DNA of 64,000 nucleotides from Octopus vulgaris (Eukaryota): NCBI GenBank assembly GCA_951406725.2, contig OX597836.1, positions 43,152,001 to 43,216,000 of the forward strand, read 5' to 3'. Shown piece by piece: positions 14,689 to 27,673 of this stretch (position 1 is its first letter; each line of letters starts with the position of its first letter). The notes under the pieces were generated by a model. It saw only the letters and a program-made list of their open reading frames with translations, ran no database searches and was not told where the DNA came from. The position numbers and the translations under genes were made by a program.

Positions 14689-15648
14689 AACATACATACA
14701 TATTCTTATATATGGTAATAGTGTAAAGCTGAATCGCCAGAGTGGAGCAAATTCTTACAATTGTTAGAGTAGTGCGAGCAAACTACCTCGTGATATATGT
14801 ACTCTGAGTTCGAATGTGGCCAAGGCCAGCATCGACTTTCATCCTTTCGGACTTCGATAAATAAGGAATCAGTCCAAGTCGGTGGCGTGATCAAAGCGTT
14901 CGAGCGTCAGACGGGAGGGCGGTGGGGTTCTTTTTTTTCTTCCCAAGAATCCTAAAGCTACCAAGAACAATATCATCGCCCCCCCCCCCCTTTCACACTG
15001 ATAAAAGGAGTAAAGGCAAACCACCACGACAAACTATTCGCCTTGAAGCCGCTCCTACTTAAGCTGCTCCGGCAGCTTTTGCGGTTTTGTGCTATCAAAC
15101 AAACCTTCCTCCGTTTCAAACTTGTTGTGTAATGTGTAAGGGGCCCTGAAAACCAGATACATTGGGGACTGAACTCCCTACTTTACTCCACACTATCCTT
15201 AGGATTTCAGAAACTTTGTAAATGTCCTTGGAGAGAAAACACAGACGACAAGTGTATAGCTCATGGGACAGTCGCTGAGTTTGCCACATCACCAGACCCT
15301 GAAGTCTATAACAGTAGATCCAAAAGTGCCATTCTCGCAAAAGCGGAGCCAGGTGTGGACAGCCACACTTGCTACGCTACAGCAAGTGACAAGTATATAT
15401 TAATTTATATGTACATGTAACTTAGCGGTTCGGCAAAAGAGACCGATAGAATAAATACTAGGCTTACAAAGAATAAGTCCCGGGGTCGATTTGTTCGACT
15501 AAAGGTGGTGCTCCAGCATGGCCACAGTCACATGACTGAAACAAGTAAAAGAGTAAAAGAGTAAAAGTGTGTGTGTGTGCGCGCTTATGTGTAGTAGTCA
15601 TATTATATTATATTTTTTTCTTTCTAATTTCAGATCGAACTCAAAGTC

Positions 15649-16398
15649 ATGAGGTCCACAACTGCAACGATTATAATTGTAACAGTGTTCTGTATGTTCT
15701 TTAAACAGCGTGTAGAGGGCGCCGACAACATCCCTTCTGGTTCTCCCCTTCCACATCTTCTTCGTCTACCGGCGGGTTCCCCGGAAAGCAAACCAGCGAA
15801 TAACGCCGACGACAAATCGTATATCAGACTTTGGAAAAGGAAGTTGAAGGACGGCGTTAACTATGAATACACGTACCACAACCCCGTTAAGAACGGAGCA
15901 ATCAACCAGCAGGGCTCGGTGACGCTTTTTAAAACCAAAGATCCGAAAGGTGGTCAACCCAAATCTACGGGTTACTTGATTAGTTACCGAACAAGCGAAG
16001 ACTTCAGTTTCACCAATCCCCTTGACTCTGATTGGGACGTTGCTAACAGTCCTTATTACTACAACAATAACAACAAAAACACCAACAACAACTACTACCA
16101 GAGCCCGTACAAATACCGGACCGCTGACAATGTCGGTACTCCGTACAGCCATCCTTATTCGCCGGACCACCAACACAACGGAAATCCGGCGTTTCACGGC
16201 TATCGGCGACCGACGTCGTTAACAACGTCCCCACCTCATGCGACGGAGCCTCGGTGCTACGGTGAACGAAATTTCGGCTACAACAGCAACGTAATTTACT
16301 GCTGTATGTATGCCGACCGCCCTCAGCCTAGTTCTTCTCCTTACCCTAAACATGTCTGTTGGCGCCAACATATCACATGGGGCCGCCGCATGCAATAA
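15649..16398 (+). CDS. Gene A: secreted 249-aa protein/peptide precursor, Tyr/Asn/Pro-rich, with C-terminal C-CC-C segment and W-GRR end
   Basis: Non-repetitive, GC-richer ORF; polypyrimidine tract and TTTCAG acceptor at 15633 just before GTCATG; hydrophobic N-terminus ending VEG-A (signal-peptide-like); KRK, RR and GRR sites; AATAAA at 16394-16399 overlapping the stop. Confidence 0.8.
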   Translation: MRSTTATIIIVTVFCMFFKQRVEGADNIPSGSPLPHLLRLPAGSPESKPANNADDKSYIRLWKRKLKDGVNYEYTYHNPVKNGAINQQGSVTLFKTKDPKGGQPKSTGYLISYRTSEDFSFTNPLDSDWDVANSPYYYNNNNKNTNNNYYQSPYKYRTADNVGTPYSHPYSPDHQHNGNPAFHGYRRPTSLTTSPPHATEPRCYGERNFGYNSNVIYCCMYADRPQPSSSPYPKHVCWRQHITWGRRMQ

Positions 16399-16512
16399 AG
16401 TTAAAAAACCACCCACTCTTTAAGTTTGCATTCATGTGATTGTTCCTTTAATTTTTTTACTTTTCATTTTTATCCAAAAATCAAGTAGGAAGCAGTAATA
16501 ATAATAATAATG

Positions 16513-16600
<88 letters not shown>

Positions 16601-16870
16601 CTTTCCATGTAATCTCGAGTTTTAAAACAAACATACTTTTTTTTTGACATTCACTAGTACAACACTAAATACAAAACCAAATATATGGCAGACGAGGCAT
16701 AACAACATCACGAACTTCCAACTCAGAACGTAGCGGCAGACGAAATACCGCTAAGCATATCGCCCGGCGTGCTAACGTCTCTGCCAGCTCGCCGCCTTAA
16801 TAACAATAATAATAATTATTATTATTATTATTATTATTATTGTTATTGTTATTATTATTATTATTATTAT

Positions 16871-17428
16871 TGAGTGAGAGAGCAGTTCATGCCATCAAAG
16901 TGACACTGGGGTAAAATATACGAAGCCCAATATACCCATCATGACTACCCGTCTGATAAAGGTACACCAGGCACATGCATCACAACCATATGTGCGCGAC
17001 ATGGTGATCTCATATCAAGACAAACAGCACATGACCTTGCAGGTGGGGCCCAGTTAGAATTATCTTCAGGTTGAGTAGCCCATCCCGCTCAAACGGTCCC
17101 TGAATAAGGGTTGTTTAAGGATGTTGAAAGAACCACCCATGTTTCCAGAGGTGAACTATTCAAACCCCAAAGAATCCCTCTCAACACATGGCTATGATGC
17201 TCCCCACTACTTCTGCTCGTGATCAGAGATGCACATATCGTCAGCCACTAAGGGACATGCTCAACTGGTTAAGGTCAGACAACTGACAAGCAAATCTGTG
17301 GTATTGAGCAGAATATTTGCTGTAGCCCATCTTTTATACCAAGACAAAACAATGTACATGATAACACTTCCAATCAGTTAAGATCAGAAGCCATGAGAGC
17401 CACTGCCTGGTACTGCATCAGGGCATTT
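16871..17428 (-). mobile_element. About 560-bp non-coding interspersed element inserted in (TAA)n
   Basis: Near-identical to 39421-39978, 40251-40770 and 27908-28333; all end CTCTC(ACTC) followed by (AAT)n. Confidence 0.85.
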
Positions 17429-17449
17429 TATTATTATTATTATTATTAT

Positions 17450-18702
17450 TGTCATTTACTTTTAATCTGCATGTTTGATGCAATCACCTGCCGGGGCACA
17501 CCCAGCGCCCTAGGGCAAGTGAAGGTTAAGAGTTGTTGAAATATAGCTGAAAGCTTGGGGAGGGGAAGTAGAGAAATATCTCCATGTAATACAAACACAA
17601 ACATTTACATTGATAGGGTTTTTCTAAGGATGTGGGCAGTACTTGTTAGCACAATCTTTTGGATTTCCTTGAGACATGGTTTTCCAGGGATATTGTCTAG
17701 GTGTTTCTGACATCCCTTTTTTATCATACCTAGGGCACCTACAATAACAGGAACAGTTTTTGTTTTAAGATTCCACATCCTCTGTATTTCGATTTCCAGG
17801 TCCTTATATTTACTAAGTTTGTCAAATTCCTTGACAGATACATTTTTATCAGTGGGGACGCTTACTTCTATTAGTCTGCAGGTATTTTCTTCCCTGTCTT
17901 TAACAATTATGTCTGGTCGATTAGCCTTGATCGTTCTGTCAGTGTTGACTGGAAAATCCCAGAGGATGGTGACATCTTTACCTTCAACAACTGGCTGAGG
18001 ATGGTGTTCATACCAGTTAGCAGGAGTGTCGGATTTGTAGTGTTTACATATCTTCCAATGTATATACTGTCCTACCCTATCGTGGCGATTTTTGTATTCG
18101 TTTGGTGTCAGCACAGGACATCCCGAAACGAGATGGTCTATTGTTTCGTCAAATGTGTCACAGAATCTGCATTTAGGGTCAGTACCGTTTCGGAGAACGT
18201 TAGCCTGGTAATTTCTGGTAAACAAGCTTTGATCTTGTGCTGCCATTATGAAGCCTTCAGTCTCTGCTTTCAATCCAGAACTCTTCAGCCACTGATGGGT
18301 TGTTGCTTGGTCTACATCAGCATTTTGGCTTCGGAGAATGTATTGTCCATGCAGGGGCTTCTGGCTCCACCGCCTCTCAATTTGATTCTGCCCATTCTTT
18401 TTTGCAGTCTGCCTGATTCGCTTTGCTTGCTTGGTAGCAGTGGTTTCTGGCTCTTCACCTGATTCAAGGTTAATGCCTAGTTCCCTTTCGAACTTATAAG
18501 CTTCCTTGACAATAGAATGCAGCTTTTTGCTGCTTTCGTGTTCACACACAAGTCGCAGCATCCAGTCGTTTGTACTAGATAGGTACCTGTTCATTCCTAC
18601 AGTAGAGGTCTTATAGCACAGCTCCAATTGCATCATTCCTCTCCCCCCGCTGCTTCTAGGTAGGTACAAGCGGTCTACATCTGCCTTAGGGTGGTGCATG
18701 CA
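17450..18702 (-). mobile_element. 5'-truncated R4/Dong-like non-LTR retrotransposon (ORF 17605-18699: post-RT region, CCHC knuckle, restriction-like endonuclease)
   Basis: DRLYLPRSSGGRG, CRFC..ETIDHLVSGC, RHD, RPDII, IEVSVP, K..KY motifs; (TAA)n on both sides. Confidence 0.9.
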
Positions 18703-18704
18703 TA

Positions 18705-18747
<43 letters not shown>

Positions 18748-18774
18748 TTATCATTATTGTTATTATTATTATTA

Positions 18775-19141
18775 TTCTATGTTTGACTTTTGCTTTATAT
18801 TTGTACAAGTTGGCTCCAAGTCTCACCCAGAGACCTCAAGAGACAACACGTTGAAAGTTCATGTTGGTGTTATGCCTAGTGTGCCATATATTTGGTTTTG
18901 TATTTAGTGTTGTACTAGTGAATGTCTAAAAAAAAAAGAAAAAAAAACATAAGAAAATTATGTTTGTTTTAAAACTTAAGATTACATAGAAAGTATTTTG
19001 CGTAGGATATGAGCAGTTCCCATGAACACTATCTTTTGAATTTCTGCCATTTTGCGATTTCCTGGTATCTGAGTTAGGTAGCAATCAGCCCCTTTTGCTA
19101 TCATTCCCAGGGCACCTATGACAACAGGTATTGTTTTAGTC

Positions 19142-19142
<1 letters not shown>
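18775..19142 (-). mobile_element. Short 3' fragment of R4/Dong-like element
   Basis: Minus strand KTKTIPVVIGALGMIAKG..EIQKIVFMGTAHILRKILSM*; TAA tracts on both sides; 3' UTR also seen on + at ~16598-16690. Confidence 0.85.
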
Positions 19143-19173
<31 letters not shown>

Positions 19174-19980
19174 TTTTTTTTTTTTTTTTTTTTTACTAAA
19201 GTGAAAATGAAGAAAAATGTTTCTTATCTACTTGTTTCTTGTATTAAGATCGAAGATATTCTATTACTAACTTCACTTGCCTTCCCCCCACAACAGCACC
19301 CCAACTACCACTACCCAGATGGTTAGAAGACGAAGGAATAAAAATCAGAATAAAAGTGCTATAAACAACAGCAATAATCATCATTTCTTTGTTTGACGCA
19401 AGGACTAGAGCTGAGGAAGCATTACAAAGCCTAATGGTGGTGGGGTTATAGAGAACTGATTATGGGAAGAGGACCAGCAAGAGGAACAGTAACAACAAGA
19501 ATAACAACAAAAGCAATAACAACAATGATGATGATGATGATGAAGATGATTTCTTTCATTCGCTGCGAAATTTTGCAGGGGTGGGATGCATTACAAGGAC
19601 AAGAACAGCAGCAACAACAACAACAGCAATAATAATAAATTATTATAATTCCATTTATGTGTCTCAAAACTCGTAAATAAAGGATATAATATAGACGAAG
19701 TAAAAATTACTATAGGTTTTATAAATAAGAACATATTAACTCAGAGTATAATCGATATATATATATATATATATATTTAGTATGTGACCTCGTGAATACC
19801 ACCGACGATTTTTTTCCTCTGTCCTCCCGTCTCTAGATCTTTCCTTCTCCTATATTTCCGACGAAGAGCTCCGCTCGAAACGTCAAACCCTCCTTCTTCG
19901 CTTCTTTCCTGAGCGTCCAATAATACTTTATTTGTTCCACATCCTTGCGTTGTTGTCTTTTTGTTTTCTTGCTTGGATTA

Positions 19981-20161
<181 letters not shown>

Positions 20162-20199
20162 GGTAACCATACTGTTACTGATAACCATATTTTATCCCA

Positions 20200-20312
<113 letters not shown>

Positions 20313-20583
20313 TTTAAATTTAGAATAATAAGGGTGAAAATTTGAATATTAATTTGAATTATATCAATTTAAACCACTGGTCTAGTATATAGAAAAACCT
20401 GAAGATTCAGAAAAATTATATTACATACATATAAGAGGGATTGCCACTATGTGGACATCCATTATCCTAGAAGTCGACCCCCTATGGTCATACCACTAAG
20501 AAAGGAATGTTCTCAAGAAAATTTAGCAAACGCCAGAACGTAAGCGAGCAAGACAAATGAAAAGATACAGAATATACAGATTA

Positions 20584-20655
20584 ATCACAAACCCGATTTC
20601 GTTGTTACTACTTCCGTAATTACTTACGTAGATGTCCGCAACTCGTCAGTGTTAT
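20584..20655 (-). ncRNA. Probable type I hammerhead ribozyme between inverted-repeat arms
   Basis: Minus strand ATAACA-CTGACGA-GTTG..CAAC-GAAA-TCGGG-TT-TGTGAT; stem I 5/6 paired, stem III weak. Confidence 0.55.
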
Positions 20656-21541
20656 CGTCATAGCAAAATATAATTTACAGAACTATACACGAGACGTCCT
20701 GGCGTTTTCTAAATATTCATGAAAACATTCCTTTCTTAGTGATAGGGGGTCGACTTCTAGCATAATGGATGTCCACTTAGTGATCATCCCCCTTATATAT
20801 ATATATATATATACAAGCTCCATAAGTGTGATCCTTAGGCCGCTTAGAGCCAATAAACTCTCTATATTTTCTAAATAACCATCGCAACAAAAGCAAGTGA
20901 TTTCTTTCCTTTTCCTATGACCCACATTTGTATATTTAGGGAGGGTGTGTGCATCCACATCAAATCCATCATTTACAAACACCTTTTAGTAAATCTGATA
21001 GAGGGGGACACCACTCCACTTTTCTCTTGAAATGTTACTCGAAGTTCATGAAAACCAGGCGAAGAAGAAAATATCAGACCACAGTTCTTTTAAACGTCTT
21101 CTACATAAGAGTTCTTTCGCTGTATCCACTAGACAGAGGAAAACTACCTCATTTTCAGCAACCGGAACCGGTAATGTTTTGAGACTGAATATATATATTA
21201 GTGAAGGACGGTTTCATTGTCCCATACATACTTTGGAGAAGGTCAACTGGTTACACTGCCATATCTGTAGAATTTTATCTAGAAATAGCGGTACTGCTCA
21301 GTAGATTTCGTTTTCTTTTTTTTTTTGGTTTTTTTCTTTCTTGTTTTCCTTCTTTCCATTTTCTCTGTCGTTCTCCCCCTTTTTTTCTATCACATCACTT
21401 CGTAAATGAACAATCTTTTGTGTTTATTTTCATGGCCTACCAAATTTATACAGTGAGTTTCTTTGCCCTATGTGTTGGGAAGACATTCGGCAAGAAATGG
21501 AAACAAAATTGAAAGAGGTCTATAATAATAATAATAATAAC

Positions 21542-21612
<71 letters not shown>

Positions 21613-21695
21613 TGATGATGATGATGATAATGATAATAATAAATGAGTGCTTGGTACCAACATATAGCAGAAAAGGTAATGAACGAAAACGAGAA

Positions 21696-22585
21696 GGCAA
21701 AGATCCTCTAGGACTTTGACTTCCAGAGAGATAAGGTGTTAGAGCACCGAAAGCCGGATATAGTAATCTTTCGGAGAGATATACAAGAACGCTTAATAAC
21801 TGATGTGGCAATATTTTTTTTTACCTTCCCATGTCATACCGACTCATAAGGGCCAGGACACCGGTCCGTCGCAGGATCACTAATTTTTGCCATCATGATC
21901 GCACGATCATGGGTCCAACACCCTAACCATTAAGCCACGCGCCTCCACATAATAAATCGATGTGGCAATGCCAGGAGATCCGCATATCATGAAAGAAAAG
22001 GAAAAAGTCGACAAATATGGAAACCTGAAAATTGAAATCCTCAAGATGTGGCAGCTACGAGAGTCAAACATAAGGAGGGTGTGTGCATCCACATCAAATC
22101 CATCATTTACAAACACCTTTTAGCAAATCTGCTGGGGGGGACACCACTCCACTTTTCTCATGAAATGTTACTCGAAGTTCATGAAAACCAGGCGAAGAAG
22201 AAAATATCTGACCACAGTTCTTTTATACGTCTTCTACATAAGAGTTCTTTCGCTGTATCCACTAGACAGAGGAAAACTACCTCATTTTCAGCAACTGAAA
22301 CCGGTGATGTTTTGAGACTGAATATATTAGTGAAGGACGGTTTCTGAAGACATCGGAACGTTGAGTTCAATACCACCCAACACGAAGAAGCATCTGAACA
22401 TTTTAGAAATACCCTACAATCTTGGCGTATTGCAAAAATCAGTTTTACTTGGAACTGCATACATACTTCGTAAAGTACTAACTATCTGAGGTCCCTGATG
22501 TGACCTGACAGACTGTACAAATCCCCGGTGCACACAATACTTTCCGTCTACAAAATCACAATATTGGATACTGTGCGACGTCTTC
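21696..22585 (+). mobile_element. Degenerate R4/Dong-like endonuclease fragment, interrupted twice
   Basis: AKIL*DFDFQRDKVLEHRKPDIV..IDVAMPGD..EKEKVDKYGNLKIEILKMW; follows (TAA)n; homologous to 41005-42018. Confidence 0.75.
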
Positions 22586-22589
22586 AATA

Positions 22590-22706
<117 letters not shown>

Positions 22707-22743
22707 TTAATTATAATAATAATGATAATAATAAAATAATAAT

Positions 22744-22788
<45 letters not shown>

Positions 22789-22850
22789 TGTTTGGGCTAT
22801 TTGTAATCAAAGCACGAGACGATACATGTGCGACGTCTTCAATGATAATA

Positions 22851-22882
<32 letters not shown>

Positions 22883-22904
22883 AATAATAATGATAATAAT
22901 AATG

Positions 22905-22974
<70 letters not shown>

Positions 22975-23589
22975 AATAATTGTTTGGGCTATTTCTAATT
23001 AAAGCACAAGACGGTACATTTGTGGTCAGGTAGGAACAGCCCATTGTTTAGATCCTCACCAATATTTTTCCTGGTAACTATTTTAGCAAGTCTAGAAGAA
23101 TAAACCCAGAAATTTCATATATAGCTACAACATACCTACAAAAACATTTTTTTTATCCGGCATTTTATAGAATTGTCAAGCAAAACATAAGCGATTATGC
23201 TTTATTTGAATTTTGTATTCTTTTTTTAATCAATTTTTGTGATCGAATTCTGTTTTAGGCATTTGCTTCTCTGTTTGTTAGCTGCCTTTACATCCCTTAT
23301 TAAAATATTATTGATTATATTAAAATGATATTGATTAAATCATATTACTTCTTATTCGTTATATTTCTATTTCTCAATATTTCATAATAAAACAATATGA
23401 ACTTTCGCTGTGAGTGTATTATTGTATTTTTATATAGGTATGTCCAGACACATACATCGGTGAATCTGGACACATTCATACGCACAAAGCAAATTCGATA
23501 ACTGGTACTTAAACCAGCACAATGCTCGTAAATAGAGAGATAAGTTATATTAAATCTCTGAGCGAGAGATAAATAGTAACAATACGGAA

Positions 23590-23819
23590 TTGTAAAATAT
23601 ATTCGCAAACTAAATGTAGCGGCCCTATAGAGGACGGTGTTACTGTTGTTTTTAGCCCCAAGAAGACATCACTTCCAGCTGGCCAACGACACAAATACTA
23701 GTCGGACACAGATTGTGTATCATTGGCCAGCTTGAGGAGATGTCTTCCTGGGACTAAAGACAAAAGTTACTCCGCCCTCTATAGGACCGCCACATTAAGT
23801 TAGTAAATATATTTTACAA
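23590..23819. mobile_element. Foldback/MITE-like imperfect palindrome
   Basis: Arms of ~105 bp (TTGTAAAATATATT..CCTATAGAGG..CAGCTGGCCAA and its complement) around a short spacer. Confidence 0.6.
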
Positions 23820-23901
23820 CACAATGCTATGTTAAATTCAAAGCCATAGAGTTTATATATATATATAATCCACACACACACACACAGACACACACACACA
23901 T

Positions 23902-23946
<45 letters not shown>

Positions 23947-23962
23947 CATATATATTATACTT

Positions 23963-24021
<59 letters not shown>

Positions 24022-24484
24022 AGTAGTTGAATGAATTATCTTGTTAAGGATAATTCGGTTAACCGATACCTGGGTAGCAAATTCACATCTATAGTAAGCA
24101 CAATCATACACACAGACACAAACCGTTCACCTTACCACTGTCTCTTTTCTGACACCCACCCATCCACAAACACATTCACGCACACACACACATACACACA
24201 CACACATTAATGCCGTTATATATAATCACACACACAGACACTCATTCACAAAAGAAAATTCACCATTCATTTGAACTGCACCCTTTCACCTTCCTATTCT
24301 TATGCCTCTCTTCTCCTACTTCGCTTGAACCCTTGAACCTTTAGAACATTCTAGAATCTTCTACATCCAACCATTTTGACGTCACTCCTTATAAAGGAAT
24401 TTTTTTAAAGAGACACTCATTATCACTATGGGCTCCGTGTGAACAGTCATCTAAAAGTTTTTTGTGCATCTTGATTTTGACATA

Positions 24485-24588
24485 AGTTCCTTGCTTTTCC
24501 TGATGAGAAAGCGGCATAATATACTCCTTATTCCTTCGCAATTAGGAATATGCAGCTTTCGAAACATATGTCGAAAATAAAGGAATTT
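24485..24588 (+). ncRNA. Type I hammerhead ribozyme, complete consensus core
   Basis: TTTTC-CTGATGA(24500-24506)-GAAAGC..GCTTTC-GAAA-CATATG-TC-GAAAA; stem I extends TTCCTT/AAGGAA; palindromic ACATATGT stem III; predicted cleavage after 24572. Confidence 0.85.
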
Positions 24589-24614
24589 TGTTAATTCGTC
24601 GTTCAACTCCATTC

Positions 24615-24679
<65 letters not shown>

Positions 24680-24970
24680 ACTTAATGATTTCAATGGAGG
24701 CAATACAAGCGGAAACTAGAGGAACATAATTATTAACCACTTTCGAAAATCAAATACATACATATTTACTTCTACATTTATAAAACGGAAATAAAAATTC
24801 CAAATATATAAATATAAAGATACACATCAATAGATACATATCGATGAAATACATAAAACAATGAATTTACATTTAAAAGTTATATATTGGTGTAATAAAA
24901 AGTTGAGATGATAAAATATTAAAAGGACATATCAAAAAACCACGGAAATAATACAAAAATTTTAAAATTC

Positions 24971-25052
24971 CATCTACCTGCCGTTTCAGAGACGTGCCAA
25001 GTAATATGATATATTTCATATTTTTAAAACTGACACTCCCCTCATCAGGATG
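24971..25052 (-). ncRNA. Type I hammerhead ribozyme, complete consensus core
   Basis: Minus strand CATC-CTGATGA-GGGGAGTGTCAG..CTTGGCACGTCTCT-GAAAC-GGCAG-GTA-GATG; stem I CATC/GATG; long GU-rich stem II. Confidence 0.75.
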
Positions 25053-25133
25053 TTTTCACACAATATACGAAAATACAATTATAAAATTACATGCTAGCTC
25101 GTATATATATATGTATGTATATACATGTATAGG

Positions 25134-25292
<159 letters not shown>

Positions 25293-25309
25293 TGTATATA
25301 TATGTATAT

Positions 25310-27041
25310 ACCTGCGGCCAAAGAGACAGAAATTGAGTACATCAACATCGAAGATGATGATATCACACTAGCCATTGATGAGATTGACACAAACTCAGCT
25401 GCTGGACCTGATGGATTCCCAGCGATCCTTCTCAAATCGTGCAACGAGCCCTTGCAAAACCGCTACAGCTTCTTTTTCAGAGCTTTCTTGCAAGTGGTAA
25501 GCTCCCAGTCAAATTGAAAGAGGGGGTAATATGCCCTATCCATAAGGGAGGTAGCAGAGCAGATGCTAAAAATTATAGGCCTATCTCTCTGACCTCACAC
25601 ATCAGCAAAGTCATGGAACGTATAGTCCGTAAGAAACTAATCATGTTCCTTGAAGAAAATGACTTGCTGTCTGACACCCAGCATGGATTTCGACCAGGTA
25701 GAGGCTGCCTAACACAGCTCCTGCAACACTATGACTGGGTGTTGAAACAGCTACTAAATGGCTCAAATGTGGATGTAATATATCTCGACTTTGCAAAAGC
25801 CTTTGATAAAGTCGACCATGGTATGATCTGTCACAAACTGCGTGATCTCGGCATAGGCGGGAAACTTGGAGAGTGGCTGCACAACTTACTAAAAGACAGA
25901 AAACAGGCAGTTGTGAGCAATGGAGCCACTTCCAAGGAAACGCAAATAACAAGCGGTGTCCCACAGGGCACTGTCTTGGGGCCACTGATGTTCATAGTGG
26001 CCCTTTCAGACATGCCTTCAGTTGCTACGATGACCACTCTTGCTAGCTATGCAGATGACGCAAAAGTCTCCCATGCAATACAAAACCCTGAAAATATTGC
26101 GCATCTGCAACATGAGCTGGACACAATATACAGGTGGGCTGAGGACAACAACATGCAGTTTAATGCAGGTAAGTTCCAAGCCCTGCGCTACTGGCACACA
26201 AAGGTAAATGACGTGAAGACTGGATACACTGGCCCAGGAAGAATTGCAATCCCTGAGTCAAAATCAGTGCGTGACCTGGGCATTGACATGAGCAATGATG
26301 CATCTTTCCAAATGCATATTGCTAATCTGGTGATAAAATGCAGACGGCTAGCTGGATGGATTCTCCGAACTTTCAGAACAAGAGAGAAGGAGACACTGAT
26401 GGTCCTATGGAAAACATTCGTCCTCAGCCGCTTGGACTACTGCTCCCAACTTTGGTCACCACACAATATAAAACAAACAGCAGAACTCGAAGCAATTCAG
26501 AGAAGCTACACAAAGAAAATCGTCTCAATGCAAAATATCAGCTACTGGGAAAGACTGAAGGTATTAAACCTCTTCTCCCTAGAGCGGAGGCGGGAGAGAT
26601 ATGCAGTGATATACATCTGGAAAATCCTGGAGGGTCTTGTCCCAAACTTTGGCATTCAAAGTTACTCCAACCGCAGAACGGGGCGCCGCTGCGTGGTGCC
26701 AAGGATTCCAACATCACCATCAAAATACAGATCCAGATACTGCAACAGCTTGGGTTTCAGAGGACCACAGCTCTTTAACATCCTCCCTAAATGCCTGAGA
26801 GACTTACATGGTGTGGATGTGGGTTTCTTTAAAACTAAACTGGATCTCTTCTTGTTGGGAGTCCCAGATGAACCTACCTCACGACATGAGACGCAGATGC
26901 AGGCAGCAGCATCGAACTCCCTTGTTGATCAAGTGCCACGTATCAGAGGTGGATTCACAAACTAGTGTAGCTCATTCAGCGGTGGTGCCCCAACATGGCC
27001 GCGGCCTTCGGGCTAAAACATTTTTAAGGATTTAAGGATTT
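25310..27041 (+). mobile_element. 5'-truncated CR1-like (Jockey-group) LINE with open reverse-transcriptase frame 25439-26965
   Basis: NYRPISLTS, QHGFRPGR, YLDFAKAFDKVDH, SGVPQGTVLGP, YADD, RDLGI, RLDYCSQLWSP, LFSLERRR; frameshift near 25440; short UTR with hairpin and TTTAAGGA x2 terminal repeat; inserted in (TA)n. Confidence 0.93.
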
Positions 27042-27090
27042 ATATATATATATATATATATATAGGTATATGTATATATATATATATAGG

Positions 27091-27171
<81 letters not shown>

Positions 27172-27268
27172 TCGGCTAAAGACGGTGCTCTAGCATAGCC
27201 ACAGTCAAATGACTGAAACAAGTAAGAGTAAAAGAGAGAGAGTAATATATGTATGTGTATATATATAT

Positions 27269-27320
<52 letters not shown>

Positions 27321-27479
27321 AAATATATATATATTATATATATATAGGTATATGTATATATATATAGGTATATGCATATATATATATAGGTATATGTATA
27401 TACATATATATATATAGGTATATGAATATATATATATATATATTTATATAGGTATATGAATATATACATATATTTATAT

Positions 27480-27532
<53 letters not shown>

Positions 27533-27673
27533 TATATATATATATAAGCAAAAATTTATATTCAGGTGAATATGATACTTAAGTTGAGGCACCAGAATTT
27601 AATACGGTATTATCCTTGCAATTTCAAAATAAGGTGATTAATATCAAAATAAGCAACAAGGATATCCAGAGGT

